Assembly: GCA_050309605.1 (NCBI GenBank) | Contig: JBNRMN010000020.1 | Location: forward strand, 32,001-96,000 | DNA from: Anaerohalosphaeraceae bacterium | GTDB lineage: Bacteria; Planctomycetota; Phycisphaerae; Sedimentisphaerales; Anaerohalosphaeraceae | DNA length: 64,000 nt | Direction: 5' to 3' | Shown: positions 8,768 to 20,282 of the stretch, in pieces | Layout: every line of letters begins with the position of its first letter | Numbering within the stretch: position 1 is the first letter of the stretch | The notes under the pieces: generated by a model | Told to the model about the DNA's origin: nothing | The model's database searches: none | The model's input: only the letters and a program-made list of their open reading frames with translations | Made by a program: the position numbers and the translations under genes

Positions 8768-9655
8768 CTAACCGATCGTGTGATCCACGATCAATTCGTG
8801 CACCATTGCATCAATTCCCGACTGGGTCGGCTCGATATCCTTGGCTTCTTTGGCCGTCAGTACAACACTCTGGATGCGATGCACCTTGGTCGGGGAGCCG
8901 TCGCGACCGCACCACTGCAAATCCGCCCCCAGATAATCCAGATCCCATTGATGAATCAGCAGCCCTTTGTCGTCCAGCATTTGACACATCGCTTCAACAT
9001 CAACGGACGGATTGTCTTTGGCCATGGCCTCGATTTCGATACGGCATTTAGCCGCCTTGCATTTCATCAGCCGCAACGCCCGCGGCACTCGCGGCTCATT
9101 GGCGCTGTCCACCACCGTCAGCAGCGCCGGCAGCGCGGTTTTGACCTCCTGCCAGCCATTGCCCAGATTGCGGCGGGCCACAAGGGTTGTGCCGTCCAGT
9201 TTGAGAATGTGTTCGACATAGGTCACCTGCGGCAGCCCGAGTTTTTCAGCCGTTTGCGGACCAACCTGGGCTGTATCGCCGTCGATGGCCTGTCGGCCGC
9301 ACAGGACGATATCCGGATTGAGCTTCCGCACACCGCAACTGAGGATATAGCTTGTCGCCAGCGTATCGCTGGCCGCACACCGCCGGTCGGTAATCAGCAC
9401 GGCCCGATCCGCACCGCGATACAGCGCTTCGCGCAGCATATCAGCCGCCGTCGGCAGGCCCATCGTGATGACCGTGACCGACCCGCCGTGAGTATCCTTA
9501 ATTCCCAGCGCCATTTCCAGCGCATTCAAGTCTTCCGGGTTAAAAATCGCCGGCAGTGCCGCTCGATTGACCGTCCCGTCTTCATTCATGGCCTGGCCGG
9601 TAATCCGCTTGGTATCCGGTACCTGCTTGACCAATACGACACAATGATATCCCAC
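8768..9655 (-). CDS. etfB: Electron transfer flavoprotein beta subunit
   Basis: VKQVPD, NPED, SDTLATS and CGRQAIDGDTAQVG motifs. GTG start with GGAGG RBS. Confidence 0.93.
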   Translation of the reverse strand: MGYHCVVLVKQVPDTKRITGQAMNEDGTVNRAALPAIFNPEDLNALEMALGIKDTHGGSVTVITMGLPTAADMLREALYRGADRAVLITDRRCAASDTLATSYILSCGVRKLNPDIVLCGRQAIDGDTAQVGPQTAEKLGLPQVTYVEHILKLDGTTLVARRNLGNGWQEVKTALPALLTVVDSANEPRVPRALRLMKCKAAKCRIEIEAMAKDNPSVDVEAMCQMLDDKGLLIHQWDLDYLGADLQWCGRDGSPTKVHRIQSVVLTAKEAKDIEPTQSGIDAMVHELIVDHTIG

Positions 9656-9708
9656 GAATAAGCCTCCATGTAGAGAATTTCAATCAATCCGCTCTTGCAA
9701 AGCCCCGT

Positions 9709-9736
9709 AGTGTAGCCCGATTTGCACGCAAGTCAA
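9709..9736 (-). promoter_or_regulatory. Sigma70-type promoter for the etfB operon
   Basis: TTGACT-N16-TACACT on the minus strand. Confidence 0.5.
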
Positions 9737-9801
9737 ACAAAAAAATACCCCTTTTTTAACCTCCGAAAAAAGGTAATACAGACTGAAGTCCCAACATACC
9801 C

Positions 9802-10833
9802 TCAACGGCACACGCGAAATCCAAGGCGACTGTCCATGTCAGCAGGCATGTAGCCGGTTCGATACGACACCCTGCAGTGGACAGGGGCGTAACTCCAGCC
9901 GCCGCCACGGGTAACGCGCCCGGCACCGAGGTCTGAACTGGTCCATTCCCATACATTACCCGACATATCCGCCAATCCGTACCCGAAAGTCCCGAAATAG
10001 CCGACCTCACTGGTGCCATGCTCGGCCCAGGGGTGATTGGGAAGTTCTTTGGGGGAAATATCTTCGCTTCCGTTTGCATTGTAGTTTGCCAGGAACCTTT
10101 CGCTGTCATAGAGCGCGTTCCCGGTGGCATAGGTACGTTCATCGGTATAGCCGGCGACGGCTTGCCACTCCTGTTCGGTCGGCAGTCGCCAGCCATAATA
10201 GTGGGCAAAGACCATCGCTCCATACCAACTGACATACGTTACAGGATGGTTTTCAAAGCCGCTATCGACGGTAAATTGGCCGTCGCTGTATTTGATTCTG
10301 GATGCACCGCCATTGGTGGCCCCAAAACCCGGACTACCGGGCCCATCCAACCGGTAATAGTTTTGATTCTCATAAGGCCCCCTGCTGCCCTCGACATGGC
10401 TGCCTTCAACCCGAATGTCATTTGAAGCCAGGGCGGCATTAAGATACAGGGCATATTGGGCGTTGGTGGTCTCGTACCGGCCCATCCGGCCACTAAAGCC
10501 CGAATTGCTGATCGTAACCCATATCATATCGGGTTCATTTGCGCTCTTTAGCCACGAGTCGGCCAATATGGAAAAATCAGGAAGACCGACGGCACCATCA
10601 CGATTAAGATCGGCTCCCTGACACCACTGCGGCCAAGCGCAATCCGTTCTGAGCCACTGCTCAGCAAACAACACGAAATCGCAGATAGTCACCATTCCGT
10701 TGCCGTCCAGATCAGGTGAACCGAATAGCTCGTTGACAAATGCAGTATCCTGAGCAGGTGTGAAATTGGATGTGTTTTCGCAGTATCCCATCAACAACAT
10801 CGCCAAACACACATAAAGTGTTCCCATCGTCAT
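9802..10833 (-). CDS. Secreted FGE-sulfatase (SUMF1/CLec-fold) protein with an N-terminal dockerin-like double EF-hand
   Basis: YETTNAQY, HPVTYVSW, WRLPTEQEW, DMSGNVWEW and RGGGW...LGFRV; N-terminal DLDGNGMVTICDF...WC.GADLNRDGAVGLPDF..LADSWL. Confidence 0.85.
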   Translation of the reverse strand: MTMGTLYVCLAMLLMGYCENTSNFTPAQDTAFVNELFGSPDLDGNGMVTICDFVLFAEQWLRTDCAWPQWCQGADLNRDGAVGLPDFSILADSWLKSANEPDMIWVTISNSGFSGRMGRYETTNAQYALYLNAALASNDIRVEGSHVEGSRGPYENQNYYRLDGPGSPGFGATNGGASRIKYSDGQFTVDSGFENHPVTYVSWYGAMVFAHYYGWRLPTEQEWQAVAGYTDERTYATGNALYDSERFLANYNANGSEDISPKELPNHPWAEHGTSEVGYFGTFGYGLADMSGNVWEWTSSDLGAGRVTRGGGWSYAPVHCRVSYRTGYMPADMDSRLGFRVCR

Positions 10834-10860
10834 TCTCCCTGTCGAAAGAGTTTCTGCCCC

Positions 10861-10892
10861 AAAAAAAGAGAAAAGCCTGCCCTTGGCAGTCT
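10861..10892 (-). terminator. Intrinsic terminator-like hairpin in the leader of the FGE-domain gene
   Basis: Minus strand AGACTGCC-AAG-GGCAGGCT followed by TTTCTCTTTTTTT, about 30 nt upstream of the start codon. Confidence 0.6.
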
Positions 10893-11164
10893 CTGCATGC
10901 CGGTTCGGTGGATTATCCCTTTCGGGTTGAAATAATCCTTGTTTCGTTCATTTTGTTGCGGTTCCATGGTCACACGACCATTTGGATAGTCTGATAATAG
11001 CAGGAATTCTACCAAAAAACAAAGGATTTTTCGTTTTGTCGCCTTGGGCGTTTGGTTGAAAACCGCGAACTTGGGTTTTTCCTCACTGTCATTCTGGCAT
11101 ATTGGTTTTTTTTGACTCATATTTAAGTGCTTTTAATGAAAGAGCTTGCATCTTAACCCCAATT

Positions 11165-11180
11165 CGGCACGGTGTTTGCT
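11165..11180 (+). promoter_or_regulatory. Sigma54 (-24/-12) promoter for clpB
   Basis: CGGCACG-GTGT-TTGCT is a near-perfect match to TGGCACG-N4-TTGCW, 78 bp upstream of the clpB ATG. Confidence 0.75.
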
Positions 11181-11257
11181 CACTTAAAATAACAATGTAC
11201 GATTACTTTAAAAATGATGCGATTTGGATAATACAAGAAAAAGGAAAACGATAGACC

Positions 11258-13840
<2,583 letters not shown>

Positions 13841-13890
13841 CCCGATTACTGCTCAGACGCTCTCAGCGGCAATGAGCTGCCTTCAGCCAT

Positions 13891-13917
13891 AAAAAAAGGC
13901 CTGCCGAAGCAGACCTT
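13891..13917 (-). terminator. Intrinsic terminator of the 6S RNA / pheT transcript
   Basis: Minus strand AGGTCTGC-TTCG-GCAGGCC followed by T7. Confidence 0.8.
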
Positions 13918-13924
13918 CATGGTT

Positions 13925-14120
13925 AGGCAGAACCTCCGCTGATGCCGTGCAGCAGCCTTTGAAAGTAACCCCGTAATTTCACGTGGGCGGCCGTTGCGGT
14001 CGTCCAAACGTCCTGTCGTGCAGGCGTGTTTGATCCGATACCGACCTGGCCTCCCATGGGGACTTCATCGGTTCTTTCAAATAGCGGCTTCTGTCACGCA
14101 CACCGCAGGGGTCAACCCAC
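13925..14120 (-). ncRNA. ssrS: 6S RNA
   Basis: Minus strand CCCCTGCGGTGTGCGTG...GAACCGATG...GGGAG...CCCACGTG...CACGGCATCAGCGGAGG; the ends pair into a rod of about 195 nt. It has its own promoter and terminator and lies downstream of pheT. Ends approximate. Confidence 0.8.
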
Positions 14121-14127
14121 AATGTTT

Positions 14128-14156
14128 ACTATACCATATTGTCGGCAAAAAATCAA
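14128..14156 (-). promoter_or_regulatory. Sigma70 promoter of the 6S RNA
   Basis: TTGATT-N17-TATAGT with an extended -10 (TGG-TATAGT). Confidence 0.75.
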
Positions 14157-14234
14157 GCGCCTGTCCAGCCAAATCAGCACTGCTGTCTCAAGTAACACAA
14201 AAACAATCAGTTACAGATTATTTTTTCGGCGGCA

Positions 14235-16253
14235 TTAAGCGGTTCGCAACTCGGCGTTTAACTGTTCGGCGAGAATCCCCACCACCGCCTGCTGGAAGCC
14301 ATCGACGATGTCGTGTCGCAGCGTGCCCTGCTCGTCGCGAAACCGCAGCGAGAGGGTGATGCTTTTCTTTCCGTTAGGTATCGGTTTTCCTCGGTATAGT
14401 CCGCTAAAATCGATGTTTTCCAGTACATCAGGGGCGGCCCGGCGAACAAGGGCGTCTATCTGTTCCCAGCGGACTGATTCATCGACGATCAGCGACAGAT
14501 CGCGCACAATCGCCGGGAATCGCGGAATCGGTTTGGCCGTCGGAATACCGTCGGCCATACCGAGCAGCGTTTCCACATCCAGCTCAGCCGCGCACACCGT
14601 CGAACGGTCCAGATCAAAAACCTTGGCCGTCTGTGCAGAGACAACCCCGGCGATCCCCACTTGCGCGTCGCCGATATGCAGTGACGCGCCGGCGCCGGCC
14701 CATTTCAAATCCATCGGTTTGACCATCAATTGGTCCGTCAGACAAATGCGCTGAATCAGTCCTTCGACCACGCCGCGAAGCTCGCGGAACTGCCCTTGCA
14801 TCACCAGCCCTAAACGCATCCGTTCACAGGGCAATGAATCGGGATTGTCGGAGGGGATGAAGGTATCGGCCATCTCGAAAAATCGACAATCCGTGTTGCC
14901 GACATTGTTATTGGATTGCAATACGGAGACAAGCGGGCCGACGAGATTTTGCCGCAGGAAACTGGTGTGCGTTTGGCCGACATCCTGAGCCGACAGATGG
15001 GCCTCGGCAGGATTATCGCTGAACAGCTCGGCGATCTGCTTATCGACAAACGAAACCGTGACCGTTTCGTAAAATCCGCAGCCGATTAGATAGGCGGCGA
15101 TTTTTTCGAGCGTCTTTTCTTTGAGGCCGGGACGAGCCACCTCAATATGAATCTTCGGCTCAACGGGAATCTTGTCGTATCCATAACAGCGCGCGACTTC
15201 TTCGACCAGATCGGCTTCGCGGTAAATATCATGCCGCCACGAAGGAACCGTGCAAACGACCAGATCATCGGTTCGGGCTTCGGGCAAAAACCCCAGCGCC
15301 GAGAATATGTTCATAACACTGTCTTGGGGAACCTCGATACCCAAAAGCTGTCTGACGCGGGAAATCCGCATTCCGACGGTTTGCGGTTCGAGCTTTCCGG
15401 GATAGGCATCCGCCAGACCACGAACAATCTGACCGCCGGCGACCTGAACAATCAATCGGGCACATCGGCGCGAGGCCCACTCGATTTGTTCGCGATCCAC
15501 CTGCCGCTCAAATCGATACGACGCTTCGGAATTCAGCCCCAACCGGCGGGCGGTCGTGCGGATGCAGACCGGGTCGAAGTGCGCCTCTTCGAGCAGGATT
15601 GTCGTGGTGGTGTCGCTGACCTCGGTATCAAGGCCGCCCATCACGCCGGCGACCGCAACGGGATTCCGTTCGTCGGCAATCACGAGCATTTGCTCGTTCA
15701 GATCGCATCGGGTTCCGTCGATGCTGACGATGCGTTCGCCGTTTTTGGCGCGGCGGACGGTGATGGTCTTGCCGTTGAGGGTGTCATAATCAAAGGCGTG
15801 CGGCGGCTGGCCGTGCTCCAGCATCGCGTAGTTGGTGGCGTCCACCACGTTGTTGACACTGCGCAGGCCCACTGCCTCCAGACGACGCCGCATCCAATCG
15901 GGCGACGGGCCGACGGTAACGCCGGTTATAACCCGTGCCGTATAGCGGCCGCACAAGACCGGATCGGCAATCCGGACATCAACAAACTCGCTGATATCTC
16001 GGTCGGACTGCTCAAGTTCGGCTTCCGGAATCACCAGCTCACTGCCCAGGGACGCGGCCAGCTCGCGGGCCAGACCGATATGCCCCAGACAGTCCCCGCG
16101 ATTGCTGGTCAGTTCCACATCAAGAACGGTATCGTTTCCGACTTTCTCAATGCTTTCTATCGGGAATCCGCGATCACTTAGAATGTCGCCGATGTGTTCA
16201 GCCGACAGGTCAAAGGCCACATACTCCCGAAGCCATTCCAACGAAATCTTCAT
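14235..16253 (-). CDS. pheT: Phenylalanine--tRNA ligase beta subunit (short form)
   Basis: MKISLEWLRE, TSNRGDCLG, B3/4 NNVVDATNY, B5 PSWRHDI...DLVEEVAR..GY and FDX-ACB RFPAIVRDLS; 672 aa. Confidence 0.95.
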   Translation of the reverse strand: MKISLEWLREYVAFDLSAEHIGDILSDRGFPIESIEKVGNDTVLDVELTSNRGDCLGHIGLARELAASLGSELVIPEAELEQSDRDISEFVDVRIADPVLCGRYTARVITGVTVGPSPDWMRRRLEAVGLRSVNNVVDATNYAMLEHGQPPHAFDYDTLNGKTITVRRAKNGERIVSIDGTRCDLNEQMLVIADERNPVAVAGVMGGLDTEVSDTTTTILLEEAHFDPVCIRTTARRLGLNSEASYRFERQVDREQIEWASRRCARLIVQVAGGQIVRGLADAYPGKLEPQTVGMRISRVRQLLGIEVPQDSVMNIFSALGFLPEARTDDLVVCTVPSWRHDIYREADLVEEVARCYGYDKIPVEPKIHIEVARPGLKEKTLEKIAAYLIGCGFYETVTVSFVDKQIAELFSDNPAEAHLSAQDVGQTHTSFLRQNLVGPLVSVLQSNNNVGNTDCRFFEMADTFIPSDNPDSLPCERMRLGLVMQGQFRELRGVVEGLIQRICLTDQLMVKPMDLKWAGAGASLHIGDAQVGIAGVVSAQTAKVFDLDRSTVCAAELDVETLLGMADGIPTAKPIPRFPAIVRDLSLIVDESVRWEQIDALVRRAAPDVLENIDFSGLYRGKPIPNGKKSITLSLRFRDEQGTLRHDIVDGFQQAVVGILAEQLNAELRTA

Positions 16254-16306
16254 AGTAAAAGGCTCGTCAATTAGGTTAACGACTTGCAATACCCATAAAG
16301 ACGACA

Positions 16307-16335
16307 AGGATAACCGACCGCGGCACAAATGTCAA
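16307..16335 (-). promoter_or_regulatory. Sigma70 promoter for pheT
   Basis: TTGACA-N17-TATCCT on the minus strand. Confidence 0.6.
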
Positions 16336-16457
16336 CGGGCTGATTGAGGAGATAAAAGACGTCAATTTCTTTCTTGAATCTGTCTTTGACAACGGAGAGC
16401 ATTCAACGCACGTTTTAGCCTTTGACGGCTGAAAATGTGAATTGTCTTCAGTCGGGA

Positions 16458-17726
16458 TTATTCATGACGCAGGGCGATGATCGGATCGACGCGGGCGGCG
16501 TTGGCGGCCGGATACAGGCCAAAGACAATGCCCACGGCAATGCTGATAATCATCGGCAGCAGGATGCTTAACGGCGTCACAACCGTCGGCATTCCCGAAA
16601 AGAACGTAATCAGTATCGGCGTCAATACGCCCAGTGCAATACCGACCAGGCCCCCAATCGTTGAAAGTACGATCGTTTCGATCAAAAACTGGATGATGAT
16701 CTGTTTGCGTTTGGCGCCAATTGCGCGGCGGATGCCGATTTCGCGCGTGCGTTCAGTCACCGAGGCCAGCATAATATTCATAATCCCGATGCCGCCGACC
16801 AGCAGGCTGATGCCGGCGATGGAGCCGAGCACGATATTGAAGGTGCGCTTGGTCGCCTCGGCCTGCCGCAGCAGAGCCAGCGGAACGCTGATCTCGTAAT
16901 CGTTCTTCCGGTGAAATCGCTCCAGCATTCGTTCGATGGCCCCGGCGGTCGCCTCAACGTGTTCAATGTCGTCAATCTGGGCGATAATCTGATGCAGCTC
17001 CACTCTCTCGCGGATTCGCGAACCGGCACTGTATTGTGTATAGACATCGCCGAAATACCGCCGGGCCACCCGCAGCGGAATATAGACATCCACATCCTGG
17101 TCGGGAATCTGCATATTGCCGGCCTGCCCCGATTCGCTCTTGATGATGCCGACAACCTCAAACGTGTCGCCGCCGATTCGGATTTTCTGACCGATGGTGC
17201 TTTGGGTCGCCAGCAGCCGACGTGCGCCGTATTCGGTCAGCACCGCAACGGGATTGAACCGTTCTTCATCTTCCGCACGCAATACGCGCCCGGCAACAAT
17301 CTCGCGCGGCACCAAATCAAACCACGCCTGCGTTGTCCCGACAATCCGCAGTTCCATCGCACGCGATCCCAGGCGCGATTCTTTTCTTAACAATTTGACC
17401 GGCGCAAGCGCTCGAACCGCCGGATAACTTTCGCCAAGACGTGAAAAATCAGTGTACGTCAGGCCGTAAATACTCATCACAGCCCGCGTTGTCGAAGTGC
17501 CCTCCTCTTCGACCGGTTTAACGGATGTCAGGATAATATTGTTGCTGCCGAGCTTGCGAATCTGCTCCATCGCCTCTTGACTTGCGCCCTCTCCGACCGA
17601 CAGCATCGCCACAACACTGCCGACACCGAAGACCACACCGAGCATCGTCAGAAACGACCGCAGCTTATGCAGCAGCAGATTTTCAATACCCAGTGCAATA
17701 TTTCGAAAAAACCGGCTCTGTTTCAT
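16458..17726 (-). CDS. MacB/FtsX-family ABC transporter permease
   Basis: LRSFLTMLGVVFGVGSV, GGIGIMNIMLASVTERTREIGIRRAIGA and YPA..AA..DPI.ALRHE. Confidence 0.92.
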   Translation of the reverse strand: MKQSRFFRNIALGIENLLLHKLRSFLTMLGVVFGVGSVVAMLSVGEGASQEAMEQIRKLGSNNIILTSVKPVEEEGTSTTRAVMSIYGLTYTDFSRLGESYPAVRALAPVKLLRKESRLGSRAMELRIVGTTQAWFDLVPREIVAGRVLRAEDEERFNPVAVLTEYGARRLLATQSTIGQKIRIGGDTFEVVGIIKSESGQAGNMQIPDQDVDVYIPLRVARRYFGDVYTQYSAGSRIRERVELHQIIAQIDDIEHVEATAGAIERMLERFHRKNDYEISVPLALLRQAEATKRTFNIVLGSIAGISLLVGGIGIMNIMLASVTERTREIGIRRAIGAKRKQIIIQFLIETIVLSTIGGLVGIALGVLTPILITFFSGMPTVVTPLSILLPMIISIAVGIVFGLYPAANAARVDPIIALRHE

Positions 17727-17727
17727 C

Positions 17728-18426
17728 TTAACTCTCTTCGATCCGATCCACCCGACCGTCTTTCATATGCAGCCGGCAGCGGGCATGCGCCGCAATATCC
17801 GGCTCATGCGTGACCATAATGATTGTTTTCCCTTCGTCGTACAGTTCTTCCAGCAGTTGCATGATCTGAACCCCCGTGGCACTGTCCAGGTTGCCCGTCG
17901 GCTCATCAGCCAGCAGCAGATGCGGGTCATTGGCCAGCGCACGGGCAATCGCCACACGCTGCATCTGGCCGCCCGACAATTCCGTCGGCCGGTGATTGAG
18001 CCGGTCTTCAAGACCCACACGCCGCGCCAACTCAAGGGCGCGAGCAGCGCTTTGCTCGGCCTCCCAGCCCAGATAATACAACGGCAGTTCGATGTTCCGC
18101 TGTACCGTCAGTTGCGGAATCAGATTGAAACTCTGGAAGATAAAGCCGATATGCCGCAATCGGCGCTCGCTGAGATTATCATCGTCAAGCATGCCCACGT
18201 CCTGCCCTTCGAGCAGATACCGTCCTTCGCTCAAACGATCCAGACAGCCGATAACATTCATCATCGTACTTTTACCGGAACCGCTGGGGCCCATAATCGC
18301 CCAGAAACTGCCGCGTCTGAAAGACACACTGACCCCATCCAGAGCGCGGACTTGCTGATTGCCCATGTGATAAATCTTCCGCGCTTGATGAAGGCTGACA
18401 ATGTCGCCGTTTTGAGTCGTCGTCAT
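17728..18426 (-). CDS. MacB/LolD-family ABC ATP-binding protein
   Basis: [32 protein letters not shown] and VTHE. Confidence 0.93.
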   Translation of the reverse strand: MTTTQNGDIVSLHQARKIYHMGNQQVRALDGVSVSFRRGSFWAIMGPSGSGKSTMMNVIGCLDRLSEGRYLLEGQDVGMLDDDNLSERRLRHIGFIFQSFNLIPQLTVQRNIELPLYYLGWEAEQSAARALELARRVGLEDRLNHRPTELSGGQMQRVAIARALANDPHLLLADEPTGNLDSATGVQIMQLLEELYDEGKTIIMVTHEPDIAAHARCRLHMKDGRVDRIEES

Positions 18427-20282
18427 GGCGCCGGTGTCTCCGTCGGGCGCTGCCTTCGTTGCCCCTGACCTTGCCCGGCACCGTTCGGGCGCATCGGCTG
18501 TCGGGAACGGGGCTGGTCCTGCTGATCCGACGGCGCCTGTTCCAACCGTCGGCGCATCTGTTCCCGTTGTTCCGACGTCATCTGCTCAAGCTGCCGCCGC
18601 ATCTGTTCACGCTGTGCAGGCGAAAACTCACGGTCGGTCGGCTGTCGCCGCTCCTGAGGCTCCGGTTGTCGGCCCTCCTGACCGATATTTCGAGGCGGAT
18701 AGCCGGCCTCTTGCGGCATGGAGCCATTCAGAGGCATAGAATGATTGTTCAGACGATCCCGAACGCGATCGGTGATATCCTGCATCTCGGGAGACGACGA
18801 CCTTTGTTGACGTCCTTCAACCGAACCGGCTCTCAGCGGCGGGGTCAGCAGCACCTCTTCGCCTTCGGACAATCCGTCGAGGATGTGCACCATCCGGTTA
18901 TTGTCCAACCCGATCTCTACCTGGCGAGGCTCAATTGCCCGGCTTGTGGCCACAAAAACGGTAGGTTTGCCGTCCACACGAATAACCGACTGAACAGGGA
19001 CATACAGGGCTTCGTCGTGCTGCTGGACAATAATCTCCACGTTGCAGCTCATCCCGGTGCGCAGCGCCTCGTCATTGTCCTCAAGGAAGATTTCCGTATT
19101 ATACACTTTCAAATCCGGATTCATCCACATACTTTGGGGGTCCGGCAGCGGAGCAATCGTTGCAACAGTCCCCAGATACTCCCGCCCCGGCAGGGCATCG
19201 ACCGTCACAATCGCCGGCAGCCCAACGCTTATTTTTTGAAGATTGGCCTCGTGAATACTCACTTCCGCCTTGGCCGAGGCAGTCGTCGGCAGATAAATCA
19301 ACTCCTCGCGCTCACGAACCTCACGACCTTCAATCAGCGGCTCCGTATTGAATCGCCGCCCGCCGGTCATCGCGCTGGTGGCATAGATCACGGTTCCATC
19401 GTGAGGCGCATAAATGGTGGCATTCTCGATCTGTTCTTCAAGTTTATGAAATCTGTCCAACTGGCGATTGTATTCCAGCTCTCTGGCAGTCAGGTCCGCT
19501 TCGGCTTGAACAAGCTCGGCCCGCGCCTTTCGCGTCACGCGCTCCAGCGTCATTTCCGCCTGTCGGACATCGCTTTCCAGTTGAGCCAAAGTACGCTTAT
19601 GGGTAAACTCGGTCAACAAACGCAGATTATTCTTGGCCAGTTCAAGGTCCAACTCCCGCTTCTTGGCGCTCAACTCATCGGCCTGAAGCTCCGTTTGTGA
19701 AATAAATTTTTCCTCATACAATTGCCGCGACCACGTCAATTGCTCCCGCACCCGAGTCAACTCTTCCTCGGCAAGGGTAATTTCAGCCTCCGCGCGCTTC
19801 AGCTCGTTCGGGTATTCGCCTTCTAAATATTTGCTGAGGTCTTCTTTGGCAAACTGTAGCTCCAACGTGGCAATATCCACATCACTTTGCGTTTGATTTC
19901 GAACGACTTCCAGGTTTTCTTTGGCGCCAATATAGGAAGCCTCAGCATTCTGGACGCGAATTTCCTGATCCAAACGGCTGTCGATCAGCGTGCTGGCGTC
20001 CAGTTCCATCAGCAAGTCGCCCTTTTTCACACGTGTTCCTTCGGGAATCAGCCAAATGATGGAAGTCCGGCCTTCCACCTGGCTTTGAATCGTGGTCATT
20101 TCACGTGCCTGAATGGTTCCGGACTGAATGACACTGATCGTCAGCGGCCCGCGTACGACCTGATAGATCGCCTGGCCCGTCGCGGCATGGACGGCAGCGG
20201 CATTCTGCCACACCATCCATCCAATTCCCGCCGCAACAACGGCCAAACCAACCACTAACCATAATTTTTTACTTTTGAGCAT
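18423..20282 (-). CDS. MacA-like membrane fusion (periplasmic adaptor) protein
   Basis: N-terminal anchor, EGTRVKKGDLL lipoyl half, long coiled coil, IYAPHDG, LRTGMS and GLSEGEEV; disordered C-terminal tail. Confidence 0.88.
   Translation of the reverse strand: MLKSKKLWLVVGLAVVAAGIGWMVWQNAAAVHAATGQAIYQVVRGPLTISVIQSGTIQAREMTTIQSQVEGRTSIIWLIPEGTRVKKGDLLMELDASTLIDSRLDQEIRVQNAEASYIGAKENLEVVRNQTQSDVDIATLELQFAKEDLSKYLEGEYPNELKRAEAEITLAEEELTRVREQLTWSRQLYEEKFISQTELQADELSAKKRELDLELAKNNLRLLTEFTHKRTLAQLESDVRQAEMTLERVTRKARAELVQAEADLTARELEYNRQLDRFHKLEEQIENATIYAPHDGTVIYATSAMTGGRRFNTEPLIEGREVREREELIYLPTTASAKAEVSIHEANLQKISVGLPAIVTVDALPGREYLGTVATIAPLPDPQSMWMNPDLKVYNTEIFLEDNDEALRTGMSCNVEIIVQQHDEALYVPVQSVIRVDGKPTVFVATSRAIEPRQVEIGLDNNRMVHILDGLSEGEEVLLTPPLRAGSVEGRQQRSSSPEMQDITDRVRDRLNNHSMPLNGSMPQEAGYPPRNIGQEGRQPEPQERRQPTDREFSPAQREQMRRQLEQMTSEQREQMRRRLEQAPSDQQDQPRSRQPMRPNGAGQGQGQRRQRPTETPAP

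Noticed and set aside
9802..9960. C-terminus of the FGE/CLec protein as a DGR variable region
   Set aside because: No reverse transcriptase or template repeat is visible in the window; remote targeting cannot be excluded from this sequence alone.
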